Of a stretch of 64,000 nt of DNA, positions 27,301-38,511 are shown piece by piece. The notes beneath the pieces are model-generated. The model was not told where the DNA came from, searched no databases, and saw only the letters and a program-made list of their open reading frames with translations. The DNA is from Entomortierella parvispora E1425 (taxonomy: Eukaryota; Fungi; Mortierellomycota). Both the position numbers and the translations under genes were made by a program. Each line of letters starts with the position of its first letter. Within the stretch, counting starts at the first letter, position 1. The DNA lies in assembly GCA_020891255.1 (NCBI GenBank), contig BQFW01000012.1, positions 1,984,001 through 2,048,000 of the forward strand. The letters run 5' to 3'.

Positions 27301-27490
27301 TGAGGGTTGACCGGGGGTAGATCAATACCAGAGGAAAGAAACACGGCTGATACCCGCTCCAGTCTTCCGGACCGGACAAGGTCAGAGCTCACTGGACTAT
27401 CACCCTCCATGACTTAGAGGATGCCTGTCAATTGCATGCATACAGAAGGCAAAATGGATCTTTTTTTTTTTTTGGCCGACTATGGTACAT
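24309..27490. repeat. Tandem array of ~281-bp units, 11 full copies plus 1 partial, with 843-bp higher-order repeat
   Basis: Unit starts at ~24309, 24586, 24868, 25147, 25430, 25711, 25994, 26273, 26556, 26837, 27116 and 27399. Confidence 0.97.
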
Positions 27491-27745
27491 ATATGGTATA
27501 TACACATAGACTGCAAATAGTGTTCGGGGTTTTGAGTTACTCTACTCGAAGCGGAGACAATGAAACGTTGGAACTTCTGATATAAAGCTACGGCAGTAGG
27601 CACCGACGAAGATTCACAAGAATCTTATAACCTCAGCCGAGCCATACTTCTCTGTACGGGGTTTGTTGTCTGTCTCGTACCTACTGAAGTTCTTTTGGAG
27701 CGTTTTGCTGATACAGTCTATTTTGGCATTTAAAAAAAATATAGG

Positions 27746-29199
27746 ATGTCGTCAGCTGTTAATCATCTTGTGGACGACCCAGGGACGTCGAAAGAATCGA
27801 AAGTGATGTACAGCCAATACTGGCAAAGGCTACAAACTGGCAAGGCACTGCTGAAAATCCCCCTTCCGATTACTAAAACTTGTACCGAGGTCGAGGTCAT
27901 ATATGAGCTGCCACCGCCCAAAGAGAGAATATTCGAAGCCAGAGTTGCAATTCTCAAAACGCTACCTTCGCAAGATGTTGTTATGAAGGCCAACGAAATG
28001 CTGCGTAGGTTCAATAAGAGAAAACATCGGCTGCTCTTTTCGTTTAGGTGTCAATTGGCAAAACTCCTGACCAGCACAGTTACAATATGTTTATTTATAG
28101 TTGGTGCGTCAGTGTCTCAAAAGGCGTGGGGCATTCGCATCCATGGCGTTGGAGATTTCTCGCATGCCTCGGTCAAAATCTTACTCGGCGCGGTGCAGAC
28201 GCACACTTTCATCATTCAAGCGATGGAGATGTTTAACTGGATCGATGCCGTCTCGGATCGCAACTTTGCCGATTGGATCCGCGACCTAATTTCCAATACC
28301 TCAGGCATCATCCATTGGGAGTTTCAGCCAACTTCTGAGGCGCCATTGGCCATTGGAAACGCGTTTTGTCTCATGAAGGAGTGCTTCATTAATGACGAGG
28401 TCGTGCGCACGGTGTTGCAGCTCTTTGCCGAGTCGTATGGGGCAAGCAATCGATACCTTTTGATCACACCTACTCAACTCAACAACTGGCGAAAGAATCT
28501 ATACCTGGAATGGAAAAGGGACGAGCTCCGAAGCGGGCGAGTTGAAAAGGCATTCTCGATTGTTTATATGCCATCTCATTGGGGTGCGATCGAGGTCGAT
28601 TTCGTTAAATGTCAGATCTCATTTGGGGATTCCCTCTCTTATCCCACACCTCGTGAGGCCTGTCAAGCGATACGACAATGGATAAGATGCTGTGGGCTTG
28701 ATATAGATCGTTGGAGCAGCCACATCGAGCATCTCGATGTCCCACGGCAACCAGCTAGCAGTGGATCGTGCGCTGTCAACTCCATCAATGCTGTCGAGAG
28801 GAGAATGAATCCTGAAATAGAACTCTGGACTCACGAACGATCTGCACATCATCGATTGAGGCTTTTGAAGCTGGCCACCGGCTACAACAAGGTGAATCTT
28901 TGCTTGTTTGTAACGTATGACACAAATCCCCCGTTGTCCGACCACCGTAGATTAATACTCAATTCATCTAGATCGAACATGCAGCACATGCTTCTCGAGG
29001 CCAAGGGGTGGCAAGGGTGGCTGATCTCGATATTGTGTCGGCAAATGATCCGGACATAGTTACAACTGACTCAATCATCACAGACAACGCCATTGTAAAA
29101 GTCGCAGTCAATGAAGAGATACCTACCGAAGATGGGGTCACTACAGCTGTAGCCGATGCGGCTATTCTAGAGAGACCATTACAAGTGATGCTTTCTTAA
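27746..29199 (+). CDS. Ulp1-like (C48) cysteine protease segment of the transposon gene
   Basis: INDEVV, YMPSHWGAIEVDF, FGDSL and VPRQPASSGSCAV give the His-Asp-Gln-Cys catalytic set. Intron GTGAAT(~28891)..TAG(~28971) leads to a linker that stops at 29199 unless the frame shifts at ~29170. Confidence 0.85.
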
Positions 29200-31824
29200 A
29201 TGTCGGACCCTCTTCATGTGGGGCCAGGGCAGAGGCAGCGGCCGCCGCCGTAACCATTACAAGTGATGCTCTTGCAGCTGACGGACCCTCTTCATGTGGG
29301 GCCAGGGCAGAGGTAGCGGCTGCCGCCATAGCCATCACAGGCAACAGTGCTGAAGAGGGTGACAGCCTGCCGTGGACACCTTATATCGGCCAGTTGCATG
29401 AAACTCTTGAAGAACTAGAAGAAAAACTCCACGCATGGGCTCGCAAGCAAGGATTTTTCCTGAGAAGGATGCAGTCCAGACTCAAGAGGATGAATGGCCA
29501 AAGTCCCCGAGGTAGGTACTTAAAATCTGCAGGTTGTTTTTTTTTTCTCTATGGATCAATTCTTTTTGACACAAGTATGGTTTGCCGATGAATAGTAATT
29601 TTTGGTTGCAAGAAGGCTGGAAAACATGTTCCGCAAAAGAATGTTGACCCAGATAAGCACCGCAATTGCACCTCCAGCCGCGAGTGCTGCCCATGCCAAA
29701 TCGTTGTTCGGTCTCCAAGGGAGTTGTTTCCACGTTGGCGTATTACTTCCCTTGTCACAGACCACTGCCACGAACTCAAGAAATGCGACATCCTGGAGTC
29801 CAACCAGCGTGATAAACGACTCAGTGCCGAAATGCTCCAGCTTATTACCACCCATGCAGGCAAATGTGATCCCAAGTTTATTGTTTACATGCTTCAACAT
29901 GAATGGCCAGACAAAGCGTTCGATCTTCGGACAGTCGCAAATGCCATCCAGAAAGCAAAAAACAGTGCTCACATCGGTGGCTCCGAGGCTGCAGAGCTCC
30001 ACAAGATTCTACAGGATAAAACGCGCAACGATAAAGACTGGTTCTTTGCTACCGATCTGGATGAAAATGGCCGGCTCAGAAGGATGTTCTGGATGAGCCC
30101 TTCTCAAAGATACCTCTACCGACGCTACCGCGATGTTGTCATCAGCGATAACACTTACAAGACGAACCGTTTCGGCATGCCTCTTAATGTTATAGTCATT
30201 ATCGACAATGCAGGAAAGAGTCGTTTGGTAGGGTGTTCATTGGTTTCTGGGGAATCAGTGGAGGACTATGAGTGGATTCTAGAGCAACTGTTGGCGGCAA
30301 GCGACAACGTATATCCTCATATCATTTTCGTCGACGAAGATCCCGCTATGGAGGCCGCTTGTGCCACAACTATAAGCAAGACCACCGTCTTGAACTGTAT
30401 CTGGCATCTGCGACAAAACCTGAACAAAAACCTCCACGGAGCGCTAGGCAAAGACTGGAATGATTTTATATCAGCTTTTTGGACAACCCGAAACGCGCTT
30501 ACGGCCTCCGATTTTGAGCGTAGATGGTCAGAGCATGTTGCGGTCTTTGGTGTTGATAAGCCAAAGATTGAGGGTTACCTGAAAAGGATAAGCGAGAAGC
30601 GCGAGCACTGGGCTTGGCCTTGGGTTGGGACAAGATTTACCGCCGGAATGCAGTCGACTCAGCGTGTGGAGAGTATGAATGCGGCCATCAAAAGGGCCGT
30701 CAATGGCAAGACGTCCCTTCCAGCACTGTTCGAGGCAATTGAAAAGAAGCTATCAAATGAAGCCCAGACTTCAAAGTATATTCTCTACAAGACGGATACA
30801 ACGGTTGATCCCGCAACGTCGACGTTTGTTCAGCAAATGTTTGCCGATGTTATCGATGCAAACAATCGCTATCTTGGCATCGCAGCAAAAAGTCAGATGA
30901 AGTTAGAGATGTCGCGCTCTGTTTTGTATCAGTCCAATCCACACACAGGTATAGACGCCTGTGCTCCACGATCAATCGAAGGAGGTGATTTCGAGGAAGT
31001 AAGTACTTGTACATCATTCCAATACCCAAGCGCAATCCTAAGACCAGATAGAGGTACTAAGCCGTTATTCTTCTCTTTGTCCTTAGATTGAGAGATCGTC
31101 AAAAGACGATCGCGAAATGAGCTCTCTCCAGTCCATCCAGACAATCGTTGGTTCTGATCGAATTGTACAAATCTTCGACGTGACGTTCCGCTTGGACACG
31201 GAGCGAAAGTCACTTCAGCACATACTTTTACTGGCTGATGGCTCGTACATTTGTACTTGCCTCCTCCTCCAAAACAGCGGATTTGTATGTCGACACTATT
31301 TCCATCTGATGCAAGTTAGTGACAGATGCAAGTATCATGTCAGGCTTATTCCGATGCGGTGGTTTAAAGAAGAACTGCAGGACCTAACAGATCTTGATCT
31401 CTCAGGGGCGTTTTTGAGCGCAAAAACGCAGAAGACGGTCGCTCAGGTGGGGAGTGCAGAGGGAGAGCCTGCTTCTTCTTTCATGAGCGATATCATGAAG
31501 GTTTTCCCCTCAGTGCCATCCCTGTCGGGGGTTGATAAACGCAACCTTTCCAAAAAACGCCGCATTGGAGAGATATCTGGCCTGATGAAGAATATCATGG
31601 ACACCGTGAACTCCAATCCAGAAGTATTCGAAACAGTTAAAGATGGCCTAAACCGTGTCATTGTGAGGGGGGCAGGCGAAGAAGGTATGAAGGATCCTCA
31701 CTATACAAAGACGAAGGGCAGACCGAGGACTTCTCGGATAAAGAGTAGCATGGAGACAAAAAAAAAATCAACGAAGTGTGGAGTGTGCAGCGGGGAAGGT
31801 CACAATTCTAGACAGCACTCATAA
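29172..31824 (+). CDS. MULE transposase: FAR1 DNA-binding domain, DDE core, SWIM finger, C-terminal knuckle (frame continuous from 29172, two introns)
   Basis: PYIGQLHETLEEL..ARKQGF, GCKK..CPC..HCH, VISDNTYKTN, FVDEDPAM, CIWH, STQRVESMN, SWIM CTC..CRH, KGRPR, CGVC..GHN. Introns at ~29512-29600 and ~31010-31086. Confidence 0.93.
29175..29345 (+). repeat. 78-bp (26-codon) tandem duplication in the protease-transposase linker
   Basis: ACCATTACAAGTGATGCT..GGACCCTCTTCATGTGGGGCCAGGGCAGAGG at 29175 and 29253, with a partial third copy at 29331. Confidence 0.9.
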
Positions 31825-31912
31825 AAATAAACGTTTGTTTGGCAACCTGGGTTGTCAATTGAGGAATGACAGGTGGGTTGCCGAATAAAAAACGAGACTA
31901 ACCAAATATAGA

Positions 31913-31962
31913 GTGGGTTGTCAGGTAAAACGAACAACCTGGGTTGTCAAATAGATAAACCC
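31913..31962 (-). repeat. Right terminal inverted repeat
   Basis: Reverse complement of 22355-22404, 46/50 identical. Confidence 0.93.
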
Positions 31963-31971
31963 TTGGGGTTA
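31963..31971. repeat. Right 9-bp target-site duplication TTGGGGTTA
   Basis: Identical to 22346-22354. Confidence 0.92.
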
Positions 31972-32020
31972 AAGTGAACAAAAGTAGTTGCAACACTCAA
32001 AAAGAGCAAAAGAAGAATCA

Positions 32021-32092
32021 TTCCCAATCCGGGGTTCGAACCCGGGCCGCCTCGGTGAAAGCGAGGAATCCTGACCACTGGACCAATTAGGA
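32021..32092 (-). tRNA. tRNA-Glu (anticodon TTC), intronless
   Basis: Minus strand TCCTAATTGGTCCAGTGGTCAGGATTCCTCGCTTTCACCGAGGCGGCCCGGGTTCGAACCCCGGATTGGGAA: acceptor stem pairs, anticodon stem CCTCG/CGAGG around loop CTTTCAC, B-box GGTTCGAACC, downstream T-run. Confidence 0.95.
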
Positions 32093-32297
32093 GTATTTAG
32101 TTCTGATGAAAGGGAGAATTTGCATATTTCACTATCGCTATACAAAATTAAATCACGTGATATGACACGTAGTATATGCGTCATTTGAGAATACCACGAC
32201 TCGACGACATCGCCGGAGAGGGGAGCGCCCTACAACATATTTCAGACATCTGTTGCCGACAACTTTGTCGCTTCATCCTCCACCGATTACCCTCATA

Positions 32298-33481
32298 ATG
32301 TTTGCCCGTTCCATCCGTATCCCCTTGGCCCGCGCCACCCTCCGCACCGCCCCCGTTGCTCGCTTCTCTGCCCTCTCTGTCCGCTTCGGTGAGTGTCCAC
32401 CCTCCCATCCACCACGCCTCTTTTTTCGGACGAAAACTTGCCGGACCAAAATAAACACCGGAGAATTGGACTCCCCGGAATCCGACCCACCCATGGATGC
32501 TGATCCATGATAAGAATCGCCTCAGGGCGACGTAGCATGGACCGACCATTTCTCAGGATTCTGTCTGTTGGATGGCTCAGAGTGAGGATGCAGACGACCA
32601 GGAACACGAATGGGTTGAATCCAGAGAGATCAGCTCCCAGGACATTTTACTTTTTCTGTCTGAGGCAGAAAAAAGAAAATATTTTTGTCGCGACCAATTC
32701 TCGTGTCCCTCCTTCCGTCTGTCCATCCCATCACCTTTTTTTTCTTTCTCCTACTCGTTCTGAGTTTGCAAACGGGGAAAACCTCAGCAACACAAGTTGT
32801 TTTACGTTGTGTCCTAAACAATAGCCCATCCTTTTTTTACTTGCTAGGTGGTCACCACGAGGCCAAGGTCAGCCAGGGACCTGGTGCTGCTGCCGGTACC
32901 ATCCCCACTGATTTGGATCAGTCGACTGGTTTGGAGCGTGCTGAGCTTTTGGGAAAGATGCAGGGCAAGGATATTTTCGATCTTGCTCCCCTTGAGGTCC
33001 ACGTCCGTGGTACCAAGGCCAACCCCACCGTCATCAACTCCCGCGACCCCATCCGTTACGTCGGATGCACCGGTATGAAGCAGGATCGCGTTTTTTTTTA
33101 TTATTTGTTCCTTTTGAAAGTTTGTAGGTAGCAAGGTATTAACCATTGCACTTTGTTCCCTGCTTACAGGTGTTCCCGGCGAGACCCACGAGGTTAACTG
33201 GTTGCTCATTGACCAGTACGTACTCTTTGCACTCTTGTTTTATCTTTATTTGTCGGATCCGAACCATCCTATCGCCAGCAGGAGGGCAAATGCGGGAATA
33301 TGAAACCGGGCATAACAGACCATGGATATTAATCACCTGACTTTTCTTCTTCTTTTCATCCTTTCCCCTCTCAAATAGGACCCACGAGTTTGACCGTTGC
33401 GACCAGTGCGGCAACGTCTACAAGTGGACTGCCTATGAGGCCGATGAGAACTTCCCCGGCGACAAGGGTCACCACCACTAA
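32298..33481 (+). CDS. COX4: Cytochrome c oxidase subunit 4 (fungal; COX5B family), 4 exons
   Basis: Arg-rich presequence, PTDLDQSTGLERAELL, RYVGCTG, DRCDQCGNVYK zinc ligands. Exons splice in frame to stop at 33479-33481. Confidence 0.92.
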
Positions 33482-33958
33482 ATCTATTTTTTTTTCTCTC
33501 TTGAACAACAAGGAAAAGAAAAAAAAAAAATAGAAAACTAAAAAAAAACTGCGGGAAGAGAGAACAGAAGACCAGAGAAAGGTCTTGCTGTTTTTGTTGT
33601 TGTTGACAGGGAGGAGGCAAAAGAATATACACCCACCCACCCACTCACTCACTCACTCACACTCCAAAAGAAAAATAAGAAAGAAACGTAGAGTATTTTT
33701 TTTTTGTTTCCAAAAAGCTTATCATTATTACCATTTTAAAAACTCGTGCTTTTGAGGAGGATGTTGTGCAAGGACCCATTGGTCTTTGGGGACGTGATCT
33801 ATATCATTGTATATCTTTATGGAGTGTAATGAGCTCGATCTTTATTCTAAAAAAGCGCGATCGAGATGTGTAATGGTACAGAAAAGATACAGATATGTGG
33901 GTTTTTTTTATCTACGAAAATAAGGGTGACAGTGACATGCAAGACAGATATCTGTCCT

Positions 33959-36900
33959 TTAGATAAGAGAGGAGGTCGATGAAGAAAGTGGAGAGGCAGG
34001 CGTGGTATCCGCGGGAGAGATCAGTCTCGAGGAAGAGACGGTAGACGTGGACGAGACAAAGTCATAGGTGGGCTCGATCTCAAAGTCCTGGAGGGATGCC
34101 TCTTTAAAGTCAATGCCGTACTTTGCGAAATGGGTCTTGATCTCTTCTGGGGGCGATGGAGGCGTCAACAAGACGGTGGTCAAACTAATAGTAGTAGAAA
34201 TGAAGCAAAAATGATCGCGATTAAGGAAAATTCAGAAGACGTCAAGATCTTTGAGATCAGACACAAAAATCGAACAAAATAACTTACCCCTCGCGACCAT
34301 TCAGGAACTGCTTGAAATACTTGTTGTAAACTCTCTTCAGATCCTCAACACCGACCTTGTAAAGATAGTGGTAGCTCTTTGTCAACTCCTCAACGGATGA
34401 GTAGCCTCTGACGGCGCCGCGCAAGACCCAGGACAACGCTCCTCCAGCCGTGGCGCGTTCCATGCAGGTTTGGTAAGCCTGCGAGGCCATGGCAGTCTCA
34501 ATTTCAAACTGTCCACCGACAGTTGCCTCCCAGTCAGTCTCCATCAATCGAATAATGTCCAAGAACGCGTCGTACGCCTTGATAGGGTCCATGGCGTCAC
34601 GAATCTCAAACGCCATTTGGGCCGTCCAGAGGTAAACCGAGATGGAGCATCCATAGGCATACCCCTGTCCACGAATGGCAGAGTAGAGAGGTCCCTCACT
34701 TCTTGAAAGGATCTCGCACAATAACACGGTTGCAAACTGATCCAGGTGGTTCTCCTCTGTTGCAGACTCGGGGTGGTAGACAATATCGCAGGGGACAATC
34801 GAGACCAAATAAGACGAGGTAATCGACTTGAGAGGAATCAACACGCTGCTTGGTGCCGCATCCTTGTCTGTCGAACGGGCGAGGGGTCTGTAGGGTGTCC
34901 TTGGGAAGGGGAATGGCTTGAGTTCAGCCTGACGCGAGACTGCTTCCTTGACCTCGTCCTCCAGAGTCAGGTGGGATGCCTTGATTGTTGCCTCGAGCTC
35001 TTCCTTCAAGATTCTGATACTAGGCTGGTCCTGTTGCTGATGGAAAGGCTCCGATGGCTTTCTCTTCTTACTGTTCAACAAATTTGCGGATTGGCGTAAT
35101 GCCAGCCCTGAAGTGGCCACATAAAGAGCATACTCTTCATCCCAAACATCTGTCAAAGTCTTGACAGGGTTGTCCGATTCCGTTCCTGCAAATGATCCGA
35201 TTCCGAACCCAATGGGCACACCCAATTGTGCGAATCCAGCCACCGGCGTGTTCTCATTTCTCTTCGAGTTCGCAACAACATCCGAGATAGATTGGAGCAA
35301 GGCCTGCTTGATCCGCTCCAGCTTGGCCAGGATCTTGGGGACCTGGTCTGACTTCTGCTTCAGTTCTTGAATCACACGCTTCAAAAACTTTTCTTGACGG
35401 AAGACTGAGATGGCCATATCGTTACCCAAAATTGGGGTGGGAGACTCCAGTTGAGCAGGGTGGGCTTTGGGCATGGGTGAGGTGTTTGTCTTTCGGCAGT
35501 ACTTTGTCGAAAGCTCATAGCCTCGCACAGGAGTCGTCATCCGAGTGCTCACCATCGCCAACATATCAGCTCCATCACGCTTCAGCTCCATGGTCTGGGT
35601 TACCAAGTTCTTGGCCACGGTCAGGATGCGATCTTCAGAAAAGACTGTGAACATCAGGATCCGAAGCAAGAGCTGACATTGCTCCTTGTACTTCGATCGT
35701 TCTGCCGAACAAGCCAAAACAAACAGCTCCGAAAGCCACGAGCACGCAAAAATGTCGTTTCCAAAACCCACAGCCGCCTCATGGGAAACCAGTGTGTTAG
35801 AAACCAAAGTCACGACGGCTTGGTAGTCCAGATGCTCAAAGACGATCTCCTCGGCGTTGTCCTCTCCTGTCACGTACTTTGGGATCGCACAAGATGACTG
35901 GAAGACCAACTCCTGGAACAGGACAAGATAGGGGCGGAGATCCTCATCAAGATGGGTCAAGGGCAGGCAGAGCTTGACGTGGGTGAAGAATGTGTTTGTC
36001 TGGACCACCTGAACCAATTCGAAAGGCCGGGACTCTCCTTGCTTTTCCTGTCGAATTGAGACATATTCGGATTGAATAGGGATTGTTGGGACCTTGGACG
36101 CATCTGGAATTGCGGGCATGGTGGCAATGATCTCAGGGGTCATGTTGACCTTGTTGGCCTCCACTGCTTCCGTGACCATCGTGGCTTGCTTCAAAAGACC
36201 CTCAGTTCCAAATGAATCCACAAGTGCCTTGTGCTTCAGAGACACAGTGGCCTTGATAGTCTTGCCAAGCTGGCTGTCCGGAATCATACAGACCTCGACC
36301 ATCGATGGCTCGAGAAGCCATTCCCTGGCCAAATCCCTCCAGAACTGAGGCTCCTTGGTTTCGAGGTCGTCAATGATAGTGAAAATGTTGGAGCGGGTCC
36401 CGATGGAGGCCGGGTTTGACTTGTCCTTCTCCAAATAAGCGTACGCCAAGATGTCGGGAACCAGGTACGAGGTGGCAGCCTCATGAGGATCATCTTCAAT
36501 AGATTCGTTGATTTTCGTCCGATGACGAGCTATGATCCGGCTCATTTCTGTTGGGTCTGACAGTCCATTCTCGACGAAATCCCGGAATACAGTCAACACC
36601 TGTTTGTGGTAATATCCGGGCTCAAACAGATCCTGGGCCTCTTCAGCGTCGTCATCGTCGGATTTGGTGCTTTCGTTATCGCTCATGTCCTCCTCCTCTT
36701 CGTCTTCATCCTCGCATTGTGATCCATCGTCACCTTCCTCTTCTTCATCTTCGCTGTCAACCTCGCCTTCGCTTCCCTCATCTTCATCATCTTCTTCCTC
36801 CTCCTTATCCTCGTCGCCTGATGCTGGGTCATTTTGGTCTGCCTTGGATCCATTCTTTTCCTTCTTCGACCCTTTCTTTTTCCGCATCGGCACTCCCGAG

Positions 36901-38363
36901 AAAAGCAGCAGGAGCGAGGTATCCATGCAACCCTTCACATCGAAATCTACATGACTGGCAATGGGATTCCTGCGCTCGACAAAGGCCTGTGGGAAAGGTG
37001 AAGCCGAGGTCTCGTGCAAAAATCGGAAGAGAATATCCAAAGCCACCATGGTCTTGATATCAAAGGTGCTAGGTCCCACCCATCCGTAACCAATCGACCC
37101 CACGTCCTCATCGGCTGAAGGGAAATGAATGGTCCTCGTAGTCAGTTTGGTTTCCTTGGACATGATTGGTGCATCCTCGCGTCCTTTAGAGAGATCCATC
37201 TCGGCAATCAAGTCCACGGCGGCCGCAGCCTGGTCTGCATCCGTTTGATTATCGCCAGTGAGAATCTTTTGTTGAATTAAGGTATCGAAAATTCTCTCGG
37301 GTTGGAGTCCGTCTCCTGCGACGACGATGGTCATGTTGGAAGGGTGGTAGAACTTTTGGTGGTAGGCTCGGATGTCGTCGTTGGTCATTTTTGGGATCTC
37401 CGCCGTCAGTCCTCCACACTCATAGTAGTATGTCTGTGATTTTGGGTACAGCAATCGGCGAAGTCCAAGATCCAGCTGAAGATAGGAGAGAGAAACAAAA
37501 GACATGTTCAATACATTGATCGCCCTGGTTCAAGATTGTAGCCTGGAATAGGAGTTTACAAAAGTTCTTACCAGGTCAGCTTCAGAGTTTTCCCTTGACG
37601 CCATTTCTGAAAAGACGACACCTTGTTGTTTTCCTTCTCCGTCAACATGATAGACCTCCGTTACATATTGGTCATCTCTTAATGTTGGATGTAATACGTG
37701 ATCCAGAAACACAGGTAAAATCTCTGCCATTCCATCCCGACCTGCCGTTGCGATTGTATATCCGGTGTAGTCTTCGGTCTAATGTGTAGGCAGGGGATTG
37801 TTAGTTCAATGTCTGGGTGGCGCCTTCTTTGCTACTTTGATTTTAGAAGTAGATCCACAGATCCTCTTCCTGAAATATGATATGGTGGTTCATCAAACTT
37901 ACTGTATATGCATTGGTACCAGTGGACAGGCACCTGTTGGCTAATGAGTCGAGGTATCCTCTATTGGGGTAATTCTTGGATCCGCAGAAAACCACTAACA
38001 TTCCAGATAAAAGAGAAATTATGTGAATAACAGGGATAGTACCATTTACATTGTCAGTGCGCGCGCGCTCTCTCTCTCTCTCTGCTGGTAGCATATGCAG
38101 TTTCATAGAGAGAAGATGTTTCTTCTCATGAAGCGCAGGCGCTCTATTCTACTTTTGTAATTCTTACAATGCTCAAGTGTGTGGGGAAGGCCCCTCGAGT
38201 CTTTAACAACAGTGGGCACAATTATGGTGGCGGTGGCCTGTGGTCCAGCAATGTCGACAAAAACAAAGCGCATGCTCGTTGTGCGATGCTTATAGACTGT
38301 AACAGGGGTGGGCTGGCTTGGCCCTGGAAGGGATACCTCGGACTCGAGCAAAAAGTGATCCAT
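33959..38363 (-). CDS. M16 (pitrilysin/presequence protease-like, M16C) zinc metallopeptidase, multi-exon
   Basis: Inverted zinc motif GLPHTLEH, then LVFCGSKNYP and GTNAYT; C-terminal LYSAIRGQGYAYG; long acidic insert. Confidence 0.88.
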
Positions 38364-38511
38364 GGGTGAAGTTAATGAATGAGAATTTGAATGAGCTGCG
38401 AAGCGTTTAAAAAAGAAAAAAAGATACAAAATTACGAAAAGCGGTGACTGTGCTTTTGCATTGAATAAAGTAAACAAGGTTTTCAAGGTATTTATTCATG
38501 GTATGCGGGTT

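Larger units (their letters stand above)
22355..31962 (+). mobile_element. Mutator (MULE) DNA transposon, 9608 bp, with TIRs, TSD, cargo genes and internal tandem array
   Basis: 50-bp TIRs (46/50 identical), 9-bp TSD, internal FAR1-MULE-SWIM transposase. Confidence 0.95.

Noticed and set aside
24309-27490. Array as a CRISPR locus or as tandem 5S/tRNA/snRNA genes
   Set aside because: There are no unique spacers, the context is eukaryotic, and I see no cloverleaf, A/B box or recognisable 5S or snRNA sequence. An Rfam scan would be the formal test.
24310-27603. Recurrent 82-183 aa ORFs on both strands within the array
   Set aside because: They recur with the repeat period, change frame with T-run length and show no domain features; they are by-products of the repeat.
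32152-32161. Palindromic E-box ATCACGTGAT between the tRNA and COX4
   Set aside because: A plausible bHLH site, but a single short motif cannot be supported without conservation data.
36660-36870. Long acidic insert in the M16 peptidase
   Set aside because: Low-complexity D/E loops are common in fungal orthologs; there is no evidence of a separate element.
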